Origin: Eledone cirrhosa
Lineage: Eukaryota
Direction of reading: 5' to 3'
Length of the DNA: 64,000 bases
NCBI GenBank assembly: GCA_964016885.1
Contig: OZ024741.1
Location: 6,820,001 to 6,884,000, forward strand
How positions within the stretch are numbered: the stretch's first letter is position 1; each line of letters opens with the position of its first letter. The notes below the pieces were generated by a model. The model did no database searches, was not told where the DNA came from, and saw only the letters and a list, made by a program, of their open reading frames with translations. The translations under genes and the position numbers were made by a program. Positions 47,001-64,000 of this stretch are shown in pieces.

Positions 47001-50000
47001 TACCTTCTGGCTATATAACATACCTCCTAGCTATATAACATACTTCCTGGCTATATAACATACCTACTGGTTATATAACATACCTCATAGCTATATAACA
47101 TACTTTCTGGTTATATAACATAACTACTGGTTATATAACATACCTCCTAGCTATATAACATACCTTCTGGTTATAAAACATACCTTCTGGTTATATAACA
47201 TACCTCCTAGCTATATAACATTCCTCCTGGCTATATAACATACCTACTGGTTATATAACATACCTACTGGCTATATAACATACCTACTGGCTATATAAAT
47301 TACCTCCTGGCTATATAACATACCTACTAGTTATATAACATTCCTACTGGTTATATAACATACCACATAGCTATATAACATACCTCCTACCTATATAACA
47401 TACCTTCTGGTTATATAACATACCTCCTGGCTATATAACATACCTACTGGTTATATAACATACCTACTGGCTATATAATATAACATACCTACTGGCTATA
47501 TAACATACCTACTGGTTATATAACATACCTTCTGGCTATATAACATACCTACTGTCTATATAACATACCTACTGGCTATATAACATACCTCCTGGCTATA
47601 TAACATACTTCCTGGCTATATCACATACATCCTAGCTATATAACATTCCTCCTGGCTATATAACATACCTACTGGTTATATAACATACCTACTGTCTATA
47701 TAACATACCTACTGGCTATATAACATACCTCCTGGCTATATAACATACTTCCTGGCTATATCACATACCTCCTAGCTATATAACATTCCTCCTGGCTATA
47801 TAACATACCTACTGGTTATATAACATACCTACTGGCTATATAACATACCTACTGGCTATATAAATTACCTCCTGGCTATATAACATACATACTAGTTATA
47901 TAACATTCCTACTGGTTATATAACATACCACATAGCTATATAACATACCTCCTACCTATATAACATACCTTCTGGTTATATAACATACCTCCTGGCTATA
48001 TAACATACCTACTGGTTATATAACATACCTCCTGGTTATATAACATACCTCCTAGCTATATAACATACCTTCTGGTTATATAACATGCCTCCTGGTTATA
48101 TAACATACCTACTGGCTATATAACATACCTCCTGGCTATATAACATACCTACTGGCTATATAACATACCTCCTGGCTATACAACATACCTACCGGCTATA
48201 TAACATACCTTCTGGCTATATAACTTACCTCCTGGCTATATAACATACCTACTGGTTATATAACATACCTACTGGCTATATAACATACCTTCTGGCTATA
48301 TAACTTACCTCCTGGCTATATAACATACCTACTGGTTATATAACATATATACTGGCTATATAACTTACCTACTGGTTATATAACATACCTACTGGCTATA
48401 TAACATACCTACTGGTTATATAACATACCTACTGGCTATATAACATACCTACTGGTTATATAACATACCTACTACCTATATAACATACCTACTGGCTATA
48501 TAACATACCTACTGGCTATATAACATACCTACTGGTTATATAACATACCTTCTGGCTATATAAATTACCTCTTGGCTATATAACATACCTACTGGTTATA
48601 TAACATACCTACTGGCTATATAACATACCTACTGGCTATATAACATACCTCCTGGCTATATAACATACATTCTGGCTATATAACATACCCCCTAGCTATA
48701 TAACATACCTCCTGGCTATATAACATACCTACTGGTTATATAACATACCTCCTAGCTATATAACATACTTTCTGGTTATATAACATAACTACTGGTTATA
48801 TAACATACCTCCTAGCTATATAACATACCTTATGGTTATAAAACATACCTTTTGGTTATATAACATACCTCCTAGCTATATAACATACCTTCTGGTTATA
48901 TAACATACCTACTGGTTATATAACATATATACTGGCTATATACCTTACCTACTGGTTATATAACATACCTCCTAGCTATATAACATACCATCTGGTTATA
49001 TAACATACCTAATGTTTATATATCATACCTCCTAGCTATATAACATACCTCCTGGCTATATAACATACATTCTGGCTATATAACATACCTCCTAGCTATA
49101 TAACATACCTTCTGGTTATATAACATAACTACTGTTTATATAACATACCTCCTAGCTATATAACATACATCCTGGCTATATAAACTACCTCCTGGCTATA
49201 TAACATATCTACTGGTTATATAACATACCTACTGGTTATATAACATACCTACTGGCTATATAACATAACTACTGGCTATATAACATACCTCCTGGCTATA
49301 TAACATACCTTCTGGCTATATAACATACCTCCTAGTTATATAACTTACCTCCTGGCTATATAACATACCTACTGGTTATATAACATACCTCCTAGCTATA
49401 TAACATACTTTCTGGTTATATAACATACCTCCTGGCTATATAACATACCTACTGGCTATATAAATTACCCCCTGGCTATATAACATACTTCCTGGCTATA
49501 TCATATACCTCCTAACTATATAACATTCCTCCTGGCTATATAACATACCTACTGGTTATATAACATACCTACTGGCTATATAACATACCTACTGTCTATA
49601 TAACATACCTACTGGCTATATAACATAACTCCTGGCTATATAACATACTTCCTTGCTATATCACATACCTCCTAGCTATATAACATTCCTCCTGGCAATA
49701 TAACATACCTACTGGTTATATAACATACCTACTGGCTATATAACATACCTACTGGTTATATAACATACCTACTGGCTATATAATATAACATACCTACTGG
49801 CTATATAACATACCTACTGGTTATATAACATACCTACTGGCTCTATAACATACCTACTGTCTATATAACATACCTACTGGCTATATAACATACCTCCTGG
49901 CTATATAACATACTTCCTGGCTATATCACATACCTCCTAGCTATATAACATTCGTCCTGGCTATATAACATACCTACTGGTTATATAACATACTTACTGG

Positions 50001-53000
50001 CTATATAACATACCTACTGGCTATATAAATTACCTCCTGGCTATATAACATACCTACTAGTTATATAACATTCCTACTGGTTATATAACATACCACATAG
50101 CTATATAACATACCTCCTACCTATATAACATACCTTCTGGTTATATAACATACCTCCTGGCTATATAACATACCTACTGGTTATATAACATACCTCCTGG
50201 CTATGTAACATACCTACTGGCTATATAACATACCTCCTGGCTATATAACATACCTACCGGCTATATAACAAACCTTCTGGCTATATAACTTACCTCCTGG
50301 CTATATAACATACCTACTGCTTATATAACATATATACTGGCTATATAACTTACCTACTGGTTATATAACATACCTACTGGCTATATAACATACCTACTGG
50401 TTATATAACATACCTACTGGCTATATAACATACCTACTGGTTATATAACATACCTACTACCTATATAACATACCTACTGGCTATATAACATACCTACTGG
50501 CTATATAACATACCTACTGGTTATATAACATACCTTCTGGCTATATAAATTACAACTTGGCTATATAACATACCCACTGGTTATATAACATACCTACTGG
50601 CTATATAACATACCTACTGGCTATATAACATACCTCCTGGCTATATAAAATACCTTCTGGCTATATAACATACCTCCTAGCTATACAACATACTTCCTGG
50701 CTATATAACATACCTACTGGTTATATAACATACCTCATAGCTATATAACATACTTTCTGGTTATATAACATAACTACTGGTTATATAACATACCTCCTAG
50801 CTATATAACATACCTTCTGGTTATAAAACATACCTTCTGGTTATATAACATACCTCCTAGCTATATAACATTCCTCCTGGCTATATAACATACCTACTGG
50901 TTATATAACATACCTACTGGCTATATAACATACCTACTGGCTATATAAATTACCTCCTGGCTATATAACATACCTACTAGTTATATAACATTCCTACTGG
51001 TTATAAAACATACCACATAGCTATATAACATACCTCCTACCTATATAACATACCTTCTGGTTATATAACATACCTCCTGGCTATATAACATACCTACTGG
51101 TTATATAACATACCTACTGGCTATATAATATAACATACCTACTGGCTATATAACATACCTACTGGTTATATAACATACCTTCTGGCTATATAACATACCT
51201 ACTGTCTATATAACATACCTACTGGCTATATAACATACCTCCTGGCTATATAACATACTTCCTGGCTATATCACATACATCCTAGCTATATAACATTCCT
51301 CCTGGCTATATAACATACCTACTGGTTATATAACATACCTACTGTCTATATAACATACCTACTGGCTATATAACATACCTCCTGGCTATATAACATACTT
51401 CCTGGCTATATCACATACCTCCTAGCTATATAACATTCCTCCTGGCTATATAACATACCTACTGGTTATATAACATAGCTACTGGCTATATAACATACCT
51501 ACTGGCTATATAAATTACCTCCTGGCTATATAACATACATACTAGTTATATAACACTCCTACTGGTTATATAACATACCACATAGCTATATAACATACCT
51601 CCTACCTATATAACATACCTTCTGGTTATATAACATACCTCCTGGCTATATAACATACCTACTGGTTATATAACGTACCTCCTGGTTATATAACATACCT
51701 CCTAGCTATATAACATACCTTCTGGTTATATAACATGCCTCCTGGTTATATAACATACGTACTGGCTATATAACATACCTCCTGGCTATATAACATACCT
51801 ACTGGCTATATAACATACCTCCTGGCTATACAACATACCTACCGGCTATATAACATACCTTCTGGCTATATAACTTACCTCCTGGCTATATAACATACCT
51901 ACTGGTTATATAACATACCTACTGGCTATATAACATACCTTCTGGCTATATAACTTACCTCCTGGCTATATAACATACCTACTGGTTATATAACATATAT
52001 ACTGGCTATATAACTTACCTACTGGTTATATAACATACCTACTGGCTATATAACATACCTACTGGTTATATAACATACCTACTGGCTATATAACATACCT
52101 ACTGGTTATATAACATACCTACTACCTATATAACATACCTATTGGCTATATAACATACCTACTGGCTATATAACATACCTACTGGTTATATAACATACCT
52201 TCTGGCTATATAAATTACCTCTTGGCTATATAACATACCTACTGGTTATATAACATACCTACTGGCTATATAACATACCTACTGGCTATATAACATACCT
52301 CCTGGCTATATAACATACATTCTGGCTATATAACATACCCCCTAGCTATATAACATACCTCCTGGCTATATAACATACCTACTGGTTATATAACATACCT
52401 TCTAGCTATATAACATACTTTCTGGTTATATAACATAACTACTGGTTATATAACATACCTCCTAGCTATATAACATACCTTATGGTTATAAAACATACCT
52501 TTTGGTTATATAACATACCTCCTAGCTATATAACATACCTTCTGGTTATATAACATACCTACTGGTTATATAACATATATACTGGCTATATACCTTACCT
52601 ACTGGTTATATAACATACCTCCTAGCTATATAACATACCATCTGGTTATATAACATACCTAATGTTTATATATCATACCTCCTAGCTATATAACATACCT
52701 CCTGGCTATATAACATACATTCTGGCTATATAACATACCTCCTAGCTATATAACATACCTTCTGGTTATATAACATAACTACTGTTTATATAACATACCT
52801 CCTAGCTATATAACATACATCCTGGCTATATAAACTACCTCCTGGCTATATAACATATCTACTGGTTATATAACATACCTACTGGTTATATAACATACCT
52901 ACTGGCTATATAACATAACTACTGGCTATATAACATACCTCCTGGCTATATAACATACCTTCTGGCTATATAACATACCTCCTAGTTATATAACTTACCT

Positions 53001-56000
53001 CCTGGCTATATAACATACCTACTGGTTATATAACATACCTCCTAGCTATATAACATACTTTCTGGTTATATAACATACCTCCTGGCTATATAACATACCT
53101 ACTGGCTATATAAATTACCCCCTGGCTATATAACATACTTCCTGGCTATATCATATACCTCCTAGCTATATAACATTCCTCCTGGCTATATAACATACCT
53201 ACTGGTTATATAACATACCTACTGGCTATATAACATACCTACTGTCTATATAACATACCTACTGGCTATATAACATAACTCCTGGCTATATAACATACTT
53301 CCTTGCTATATCACATACCTCCTAGCTATATAACATTCCTCCTGGCAATATAACATACCTACTGGTTATATAACATACCTACTGGCTATATAACATACCT
53401 ACTGGTTATATAACATACCTACTGGGTATATAACATACCACCTAGCTATATAACATACCTCCTACCTATATAACATACCTTCTGGTTATATAACATAACT
53501 CCTGGCTATATAACACACCTACTGGTTATATAAATTACCTCCTGGCTATATAACATACTTCCTGGCTATATCACATACCTCTTAGCTATATAACATTCCT
53601 CCTGGCTATATAACATACCTACTGGTTATATATCATACCTACTGGCTATATAACATACCTACTGTCTATATAACCTACCTACTGGCTATATAACATACCT
53701 CCTGGTTATATAACATACTTCCTGGCTATATCACATACCTCCTAGCTATATAACATTCCTCCTGGCTATATAACATACCTACTGGTTATATAACATACCT
53801 ACTGTCTATATAACATACCTACTGGCTATATAACATACCTCCTGGCTATATAACATACTTCCTGGCTACATCACATACCTCCTAGCTATATACCATTCCT
53901 CCTGGCTATATAACATACCTACTGGTTATATAACATTCCTACTGGTTATATAACATACCACCTAGATATATAACATACCTCCTACCTATATAACATACCT
54001 TCTGGTTATATAACATACCTCCTGGCTATATAACATACCTACTGGTTATATAACATACCTCCTGGTTATATAACATACCTCCTAGCTATATAACATATCT
54101 TCTGGTTATATAACATGCCTCCTGGTTATATAACATACCTACTGGCTATATAACATACCTCCTGGCTATATAACATACCTACTGGCTATATAACATACCT
54201 CCTGGCTATATAACTTAACTCCTAGCTATATAACATACCTTCTTGTTATATAACATACCTCCTGGCTATATAACATACCTCCTAGCTATATAACACACCT
54301 TATGGTTATATAACATGCCTCCTGGTTATATAACATACCTACTGGCTATATAACATACCTCCTGGCTATATAACATACCTACTGGCTATATAACATACCT
54401 CCTGGCTATATAACATACCTACCGGCTATATAACATACCTTCTGGCTATATACCTTACCTCCTAGCTATATAACATACCTTCTGGTTATATAACATACCT
54501 CCTGGCTATATAAGATACCTACTGGCTATATAACATACCTACTGTCTATATAACATACCTACTGGCTATATAACATACCTCCTGGCTATATAACATACTT
54601 CCTGGCTACATCACATACCTCCTAGCTATATACCATTCCTCCTGGCTATATAACATACCTACTGGTTATATAACATTCCTACTGGTTATATAACATACCA
54701 CCTAGATATATAACATACCTCCTACCTATATAACATACCTTCTGGTTATATAACATACCTCCTGGCTATATAACATACCTACTGGTTATATAACATACCT
54801 CCTGGTTATATAACATACCTCCTAGCTATATAACATATCTTCTGGTTATATAACATGCCTCCTGGTTATATAACATACCTACTGGCTATATAACATACCT
54901 CCTGGCTATATAACATACCTACTGGCTATATAACATACCTCCTGGCTATATAACTTAACTCCTAGCTATATAACATACCTTCTTGTTATATAACATACCT
55001 CCTGGCTATATAACATACCTCCTAGCTATATAACACACCTTATGGTTATATAACATGCCTCCTGGTTATATAACATACCTACTGGCTATATAACATACCT
55101 CCTGGCTATATAACATACCTACTGGCTATATAACATACCTCCTGGCTATATAACATACCTACCGGCTATATAACATACCTTCTGGCTATATACCTTACCT
55201 CCTAGCTATATAACATACCTTCTGGTTATATAACATACCTCCTGGCTATATAAGATACCTACTGGCTATATAACATACCTACTGGCTATATAACATACCT
55301 CCTGGCTATATAACATACCTACTGGTTATATAACATACCTACTGGTTATATAACATACCTACTGGCTATATAACATACCTCCTAGCTATATAACATACCT
55401 CCTGGCTATATAACATACCTACTGGTTATATAACATACCTCCTAGCTATATAACATGCCTTCTGGTTATATAACATAACTACTGGTTATATAACACACCT
55501 CCTAGCTATATGACATACCTTCTGGTTATATAACATACCTACTGGTTATATAACATACCTACTGGCTATATATCATACCTACTGTCTATATAACATACCT
55601 ACTGGCTATATAACATACCTCCTGGCTATATAACATACTTTCTGGCTATATCACATACCTCCTAGCTATATAACATTCCTCCTGGCTATATAACATACCT
55701 ACTGGTTATATAACATACCTACTGTCTATATAACATACCTACTGGCTATATAACATACCTCCTGGCTATATAACATACTTCCTGGCTATATCACATACCT
55801 CCTAGCTATATAACATTCCTCCTGGCTATATAACATACCTACTGGTTATATAACATACCTACTGGCTATATAACATACCTACTGGCTATATAAATTACCT
55901 CCTGGCTATATAACATACCTACTAGTTATATAACATTCCTACTGGTTATATAACATACCACATAGCTATATAACATACCTCCTACCTATATAACATACCT

Positions 56001-59000
56001 TCTGGTTATATAACATACCTCCTGGCTATATAGCATACCTACTGGTTATATAACATACCTCCTGGTTATATAACATATCTCCTAGCTATATAACATACCT
56101 TCTGGATATATAACATGCCTCCTGGTTATATAACATACCTACTGGCTATATAACATACCAGCTGGCTATATAACATACCTACTGGCTATATAACATACCT
56201 CCTGGCTATATAACATACCTACCGGCTATATAACAATCCCTCTGGCTATATAACTTACCTACTAGCTATATAACGTAACTTCAGGTTATATAACTTACCT
56301 CCTGGCTATATAACATACCTACTGGCTATATAACATACCTACTGGTTATATAAGATACCTACTGGCTATATAACATACCACCTGGCTATATAACATACCT
56401 CCTGGCTATATAACATACCTACTCGCTATATAACATACCTACCGGCTATATAACATACCTTCTGGCTATATAACTTACCTACTGGTTATATAAAATACCT
56501 CCTAGCTATATAACATACCTCCTGGCTATATAACATACCTTCTGGCTATATAACATACCTCCTAGCTATATAACATACCTTCTGGTTATATAACATAACT
56601 ACTGTTTATATAACATAACTCCTAGCTATATAACATACATCCTGGCTATATAACATACCTCCTGGCTATATAACATATCTACTGCTTATATAACATACCT
56701 ACTGGTTATATAACATACCTACTGGCTATATAACATACCTCCTGGCTATATAACATACCTTCTGGCTATATAACATACCCCCTAGCTATATAACATACCT
56801 CCTGGCTATATAACATACCTACTGGTTATATAACATACCTCCTAGCTATATAACATACCTTCTGGTTATAAAACATACCTTTTGGTTATATAACATACCT
56901 CCTAGCTATATAACATACCTTCTGGTTATATAACATACCTCCTAGCTATATAACATACCATCTGGTTATATAACATACCTAATGTTTATATATCATACCT
57001 CCTAGCTATATAACATACCTCCTGGCTATATAACATACATTCTGGCTATATAACATACCTCCTAGCTATATAACATACCTTCTGGTTATATAACATAACT
57101 ACTGTTTATGTAACATACCTCCTAGCTATATAACATACATCCTGGCTATATAAACTACTTCCTGGCTATATAACATATCTACTGGTTATATAACATACCT
57201 ACTGGTTATATAACATACCTACTGGCTATATAACATAACTACTGGCTATATAACATACCTCCTGGCTATATAACATACCTTCTGGCTATATAACATACCT
57301 CCTAGTTATATAACTTACCTCCTGGCTATATAACATACCTACTGGTTATATAACATACCTCCTATTTATATAACATACTTTCTGGTTATATAACATACCT
57401 CCTGGCTATATAACATACATACTGGCTATATAAATTACCCCCTGGCTATATAACATACTTCCTGGCTATATCATATACCTCCTAGCTATATAACATTCCT
57501 CCTGGCTATATAACATACCTACTGGTTATATAACATACCTACTGGCTATATAACATACCTACTGTCTATATAACATACCTACTGGCTATATAACATAACT
57601 CCTGGCTATATAACATACTTCCTTGCTATATCACATACCTCCTAGCTATATAACATTCCTCCTGGCAATATAACATACCTACTGGTTATATAACATACCT
57701 ACTGTCTATATAACATACCTACTGGCTATATAACATACCTCCTGGCTATATAACATACTTCCTGGCTATATCACATACCTCCTAGCTATATAACATTCCT
57801 CCTGGCTATATAACATACCTACTGGTTATATAACATACCTACTGGCTATATAACATACCTACTGGATATATAAAGTACCTCCTGGCTATATAACATACCT
57901 ACTGGTTATATAACATACCTACTGGGTATATAACATACCACCTAGCTATATAACATACCTCCTACCTATATAACATACCTTCTGGTTATATAACATAACT
58001 CCTGGCTATATAACACACCTACTGGTTATATAAATTACCTCCTGGCTATATAACATACTTCCTGGCTATATCACATATCTCTTAGCTATATAACATTCCT
58101 CCTGGCTATATAACATACCTACTGGTTATATAACATACCTACTGGCTATATAATATAACATACCTACTGGCTATATAACATACCTGCTGGTTATATATCA
58201 TACCTACTGGCTATATAACATACCTACTGTCTATATAACCTACCTACTGGCTATATAACATACCTCCTGGTTATATAACATACTTCCTGGCTATATCACA
58301 TACCTCCTAGCTATATAACATTCCTCCTGGCTATATAACATACCTACTGGTTATATAACATACCTACTGTCTATATAACATACCTACTGGCTATATAACA
58401 TACCTCCTGGCTATATAACATACTTCCTGGCTACATCACATACCTCCTAGCTATATAACATTCCTCCTGGCTATATAACATACCTACTGGTTATATAACG
58501 TACCTACTGGCTATATAACATACCTACTGGCTATATAAATTACCTCCTGGCTATATAACATACCTACTGGTTATATAACATTCCTACTGGTTATATAACA
58601 TACCACCTAGATATATAACATACCTCCTACCTATATAACATACCTTCTGGTTATATAACATACCTCCTGGCTATATAACATACCTACTGGTTATATAACA
58701 TACCTCCTGGTTATATAACATACCTCCTAGCTATATAACATATCTTCTGGTTATATAACATGCCTCCTGGTTATATAACATACCTACTGGCTATATAACA
58801 TACCTCCTGGCTATATAACATACCTACTGGCTATATAACATACCTTCTGGCTATATAACTTACCTCCTAGCTATATAACATACCTTCTTGTTATATAACA
58901 TACCTCCTGGCTATATAACATACCTCCTAGCTATATAACACACCTTCTGGTTATATAACATGCCTCCTGGTTATATAACATACCTACTGGCTATATAACA

Positions 59001-62000
59001 TACCTCCTGGCTATATAACATACCTACTGGCTATATAACATACCTCCTGGCTATAAAACATACCTACCGGCTATATAACATACCTTCTGGCTATATACCT
59101 TACCTCCTAGCTATATAACATACCTTCTGGTTATATAACATACCTCCTGGCTATATAAGATACCTACTGGCTATATAACATACCTACTGGATATATAACA
59201 TACCTCCTGGCTATATAACATACCTACTGGTTATATAACATACCTACTGGTTATATAACATACCTACTGGCTATATAACATACCTCCTAGCTATATAACA
59301 TACCTCCTGGCTATATAACATACCTACTGGTTATATAACATACCTCCTAGCTATATAACATACCTTCTGGTTATATAACATAACTACTGGTTATATAACA
59401 CACCTCCTAGCTATATAACATACCTTCTGGTTATATAACATACCTTCTGGTTATATAACATACCTCCAGGCTATATAACATACCTACTGGCTATATAAAT
59501 TACCTCCTGGCTATATAACATACTTCCTGGCTATATCACATACCTCCTAGCTATATAACATTCCTCCTGGCTATATAACATACCTACTGGTTATATAACA
59601 TAGCTACTGGCTATATAATATAACATACCTACTGGCTATATAACATACCTACTGGTTATATAACATACCTACTGGCTATATAACATACCTACTGTCTATA
59701 TAACATACCTACTGGCTATATAACATACCTCCTGGCTATATAACATACTTCCTGGCTATATCACATACCTCCTAGCTATATAACTTTCCTCATGGCTATA
59801 TAACCTACCTACTGGTTATATAACATACCTACTGTCTATATAACATACCTACTGGCTATATAACATACCTCCTGGCTATATAACATACTTCCTGGCTATA
59901 TCACATACCTCCTAGCTATATAACATTGCTCCTGGCTATATAACATACCTACTGGTTATATAACATACCTACTGGCTATATAACATACCTACTGGCTATA
60001 TAAATTACCTCCTGGCTATATAACATACCTACTAGTTATATAACATTCCTACTGGTTATATAACATACCACATAGCTATATAACATACCTCCTACCTATA
60101 TAACATACCTTCTGGTTATATAACATACCTCCTGGCTATATAACATACCTACTGGTTATATAACATACCTCCTGGTTATATAACATACCTCCTAGCTATA
60201 TAACATACCTTCTGGTTATATAACATGCCTCCTGGTTATATAACATACCTACTGGCTATATAACATACCAGCTGGCTATATAACATACCTACTGGCTATA
60301 TAACATACCTCCTGGCTATATAACATACCTACCGGCTATATAACATACCCACTGGCTATATAACTTACCTACTAGCTATATAACGTAACTTCAGGTTATA
60401 TAATATACCTCCTGGCTATATAAAATACCTACTGGCTATATAACATACCTACTGGTTATATAAGATACCTACTGGCTATATAACATACCACCTGGCTATA
60501 TAACATACCTCCTGGCTATATAACATACCTACTCGCTATATAACATACCTACCGGCTATATAACATACCTTCTGGCTATATAACTTACCTACTGGTTATA
60601 TAACATACCTCCTAGCTATATAACATACCTCCTGGCTATATAACATACCTTCTGGTTATATAACATAACTACTGTTTATATAACATAACTATTGGCTATA
60701 TAACACACCTCCTGGCTATATAACTTACCTACTGGTTATATAACATACATCCTAGCTATATAACATACATCCTGGCTATATAACATACCTCCTGGCTATA
60801 TAACATATCTACTGCTTATATAACATACCTACTGGTTATATAACATACCTACTGGCTATATAACATAACTATTGGCTATATAACACACCTCCTGGCTATA
60901 TAACATACCTTTTGGCTATATAACATACCTCCTAGCTATATAACTTACCTCCTGGCTATATAACATACCTACTGGTTATATAACATACCTCCTAGCTATA
61001 TAACATACTTTTTGGTTATATAACATACCTCCTGGCTATATAACATACCTACTGGCTATATAAATTACCCCCTGGCTATATAACATACATCCTGGCTATA
61101 TCATATACCTCCTAGCTATATAACATTCCTCCTGGCTATATAACATACCTAATGGTTATATAACATACCTACTGGCTATATAACATATCTACTGACTATA
61201 TAACATACCTACTGGCTATATAACATACCTCCTGGCTATATAACATACTTCCTTGCTATATCACATACCTCCTAGCTATATAACATTCCTCCTGGCAATA
61301 TAACATACCTACTGGTTATATAACATACCTACTGTCTATATAACATACCTACTGGCTATATAACATACCTCCTGGCTATATAACATACTTCCTGGCTATA
61401 TCACATACCTCCTAGCTATATAACATTCCTCCTGGCTATATAACATACCTACTGGTTATATAACATACCTACTGGCTATATAACATACCTACTGGCTATA
61501 TAAATTACCTCCTGGCTATATAACATACCTACTGGTTATATAACATACCTACTGGATATATAACATACCACCTAGCTATATAACATACCTCCTCCCTATA
61601 TAACATACCTACTGGCTATATAACATACCTACTGGTTATATAACATACCTACTGGCTATATAACTTTCCTCCTGGCTATATAACATACCTACTGGCTATA
61701 TATCATACCTCCTGGCTATATAACATACCTACCGGCTGTATAACATACCTTCTGGATATATAACTTACCTCCTAGCTATATAACATACCTTCTGGTTATA
61801 TAACATACCTCCTGGCTATATAAGATAACTACTGGCTAGATAACATACCTACTGGCTATATAACATATTTCCTGGCTATATAACATACCTACTGGTTATA
61901 TAACATACCTACTGGTTATATAACATACCTACTGTCTATATAACATACCTACTGGCTATATAAAATACCTCCTGGCTTTATAACATACCTTCTGGCTATA

Positions 62001-64000
62001 TAACATACCTCCTAGCTATATAACATACCTCCTGGCTATATCACATACCTCCTAGCTATATAACATTCCTCCTGGCTATATAACATACCTACTGGTTATA
62101 TAACATACCTACTGGCTATATAATATAACATACCTACTGGCTATATAACATACCTACTGGTTATATAACATACTTACTGTCTATATAACATACCTACTGT
62201 CTATATAACATACCTACTGGCAATATAACATACCTCCTGGCTATATAACATATTTCCTGGCTATATCACATACCTCCTAGCTATTTAACATTCCTCCTGG
62301 CTATATAACATACCTACTAGTTATATAACATTCCTACTGGTTATATAACATACCATATAGCTATATAACATACCTCCTACCTATATAACATACCTTCTGG
62401 TTATATAACATACCTCCTGGCTATATAACATACCTACTGGTTATATAACGTACCTCCTGGTTATATAACATACCTCCTAGCTATATAACATACCTTCTGG
62501 TTATATAACATGCCTCCTGGTTATATAACATACCTACTGGCTATATAACATACCTCCTGGCTATATAACATACCTACTGGCTATATAACATACCTCCTGG
62601 CTATATAACATACCTACCGGCTATATAACATACCTTCTGGCTATATAACTTACCTCCTGGCTATATAACATACCTACTGGTTATATAACATACCTACTGG
62701 CTATATAACATACCTTCTGGCTATATAACTTAACTCCTGGCTATATAACATACCTACTGGTTATATAACATATATACTGGCTATATAACTTACCTACTGG
62801 TTATATAACATACCTACTGGCTATATAACATACCTACTGGTTATATAACATACCTACTGGCTATATAACATATCTACTGGTTATATAACATACCTACTAC
62901 CTATATAACATACCTACTGGCTATATAACATACCTACTGGCTATATAACATACCTACTGGTTATATAACATACCTTCTGGCTATATAAATTACCTCTTGG
63001 CTATATAACATACCTACTGGTTATATAACATACCTACTGGCTATATAACATACCTACTGGCTATATAACATACCTCCTGGCTATATAACATACCTTCTGG
63101 CTATATAACATACCCCCCCTAGCTATATAACATACCTCCTGGCTATATAACATACCTACTGGTTATATAACATACCTCCTAGCTATAAAACATACTTTCT
63201 GGTTATATAACATAACTACTGGTTATATAACATACCTCCTAGCTATATAACATACCTTCTGGTTATAAAACATACCTTTTGGTTATATAACATACCTCCT
63301 AGCTATATAACATACCTTCTGGTTATATAACATACCTACTGGTTATATAACATATATACTGGCTATATACCTTACCTACTGGTTATATAACATACCTCCT
63401 AGCTATATAACATACTATCTGGTTATATAACATACCTAATGTTTATATATCATACCTCCTAGCTATATAACATACCTCCTGGCTATATAACATACATTCT
63501 GGCTATATAACATACCTCCTAGCTATATAACATACCTTCTGGTTATATAACATAACTACTGTTTATATAACATACCTCCTAGCTATATAACATACATCCT
63601 GGCTGTATAACATACCTCCTGGCTATATAACATATCTACTGGTTATATAACATACCTCCTGGCTATATAACATACCTACTGGTTATATAACATACCTCCT
63701 AGATATATAACATACTTTCTGGTTATATAACATACCTCCTGGCTATATAACATACCTACTGGATATATAAATTACCCCCTGGCTATATAACATACATTCT
63801 GGCTATATCATATACCTCCTAGCTATATAACATACCTCCTGGCTATATAACATATCTAATGGTTATATAACATACCTACTGGTTATATAACATACCTACT
63901 GTCTATATAACATAACTACTGGCTATATAACATACCTCCTGGCTATATAACATACTTCCTGGCTATATCATATAACTCCTAGCTATATAACATTCCTCCT
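11073..64000. repeat. 20-bp satellite array, ~53 kb (~2,600 monomers), running off the window end
   Basis: Consensus TATATAACATACCT[A/C/T]CT[G/A]G[C/T] in a single orientation, with no interrupting insertion seen. Occasional monomers are 25 bp (extra TATAA), 19 bp or 22 bp. Confidence 0.99.

Noticed and set aside
11073-64000. CRISPR-like array or telomeric repeat
   Set aside because: No unique spacers (the variable part is a few SNPs of one consensus), no cas genes, eukaryotic context, and no TTAGGG-type units.

Overview
Eukaryotic, AT- and microsatellite-rich repetitive DNA with no intact host gene. The SINE and repeat style suggests an invertebrate, possibly a cephalopod (inference only). 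The first ~11 kb is a retroelement cluster in (TA)n/(CA)n tracts: a decayed RTE-like LINE fragment (1-887, -); a ~460-bp inverted-repeat element with degenerate hammerhead-like motifs (1029-1485); a near-perfect 310-bp tandem array (1591-5210, inverted at 2709/2710) whose monomers each carry a type I hammerhead ribozyme, i.e. a non-LTR retrozyme-like array with 11 complete ribozymes; a 5'-truncated, inverted Penelope-like element with a GIY-YIG endonuclease ORF and its own hammerhead (5225-9160); and two tRNA-derived CORE-like SINEs. From ~11,073 to the end is a 53-kb array of a 20-bp satellite (TATATAACATACCT[A/C/T]CT[G/A]G[C/T]) with nested higher-order duplications of about 0.74, 2.1, 3.65, 4.5, 10.6 and 19-20 kb. 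The main candidate system is three unrelated hammerhead-bearing elements side by side, all bounded by (TA)n and all internally inverted, suggesting a Penelope-mobilised retrozyme/circRNA system.
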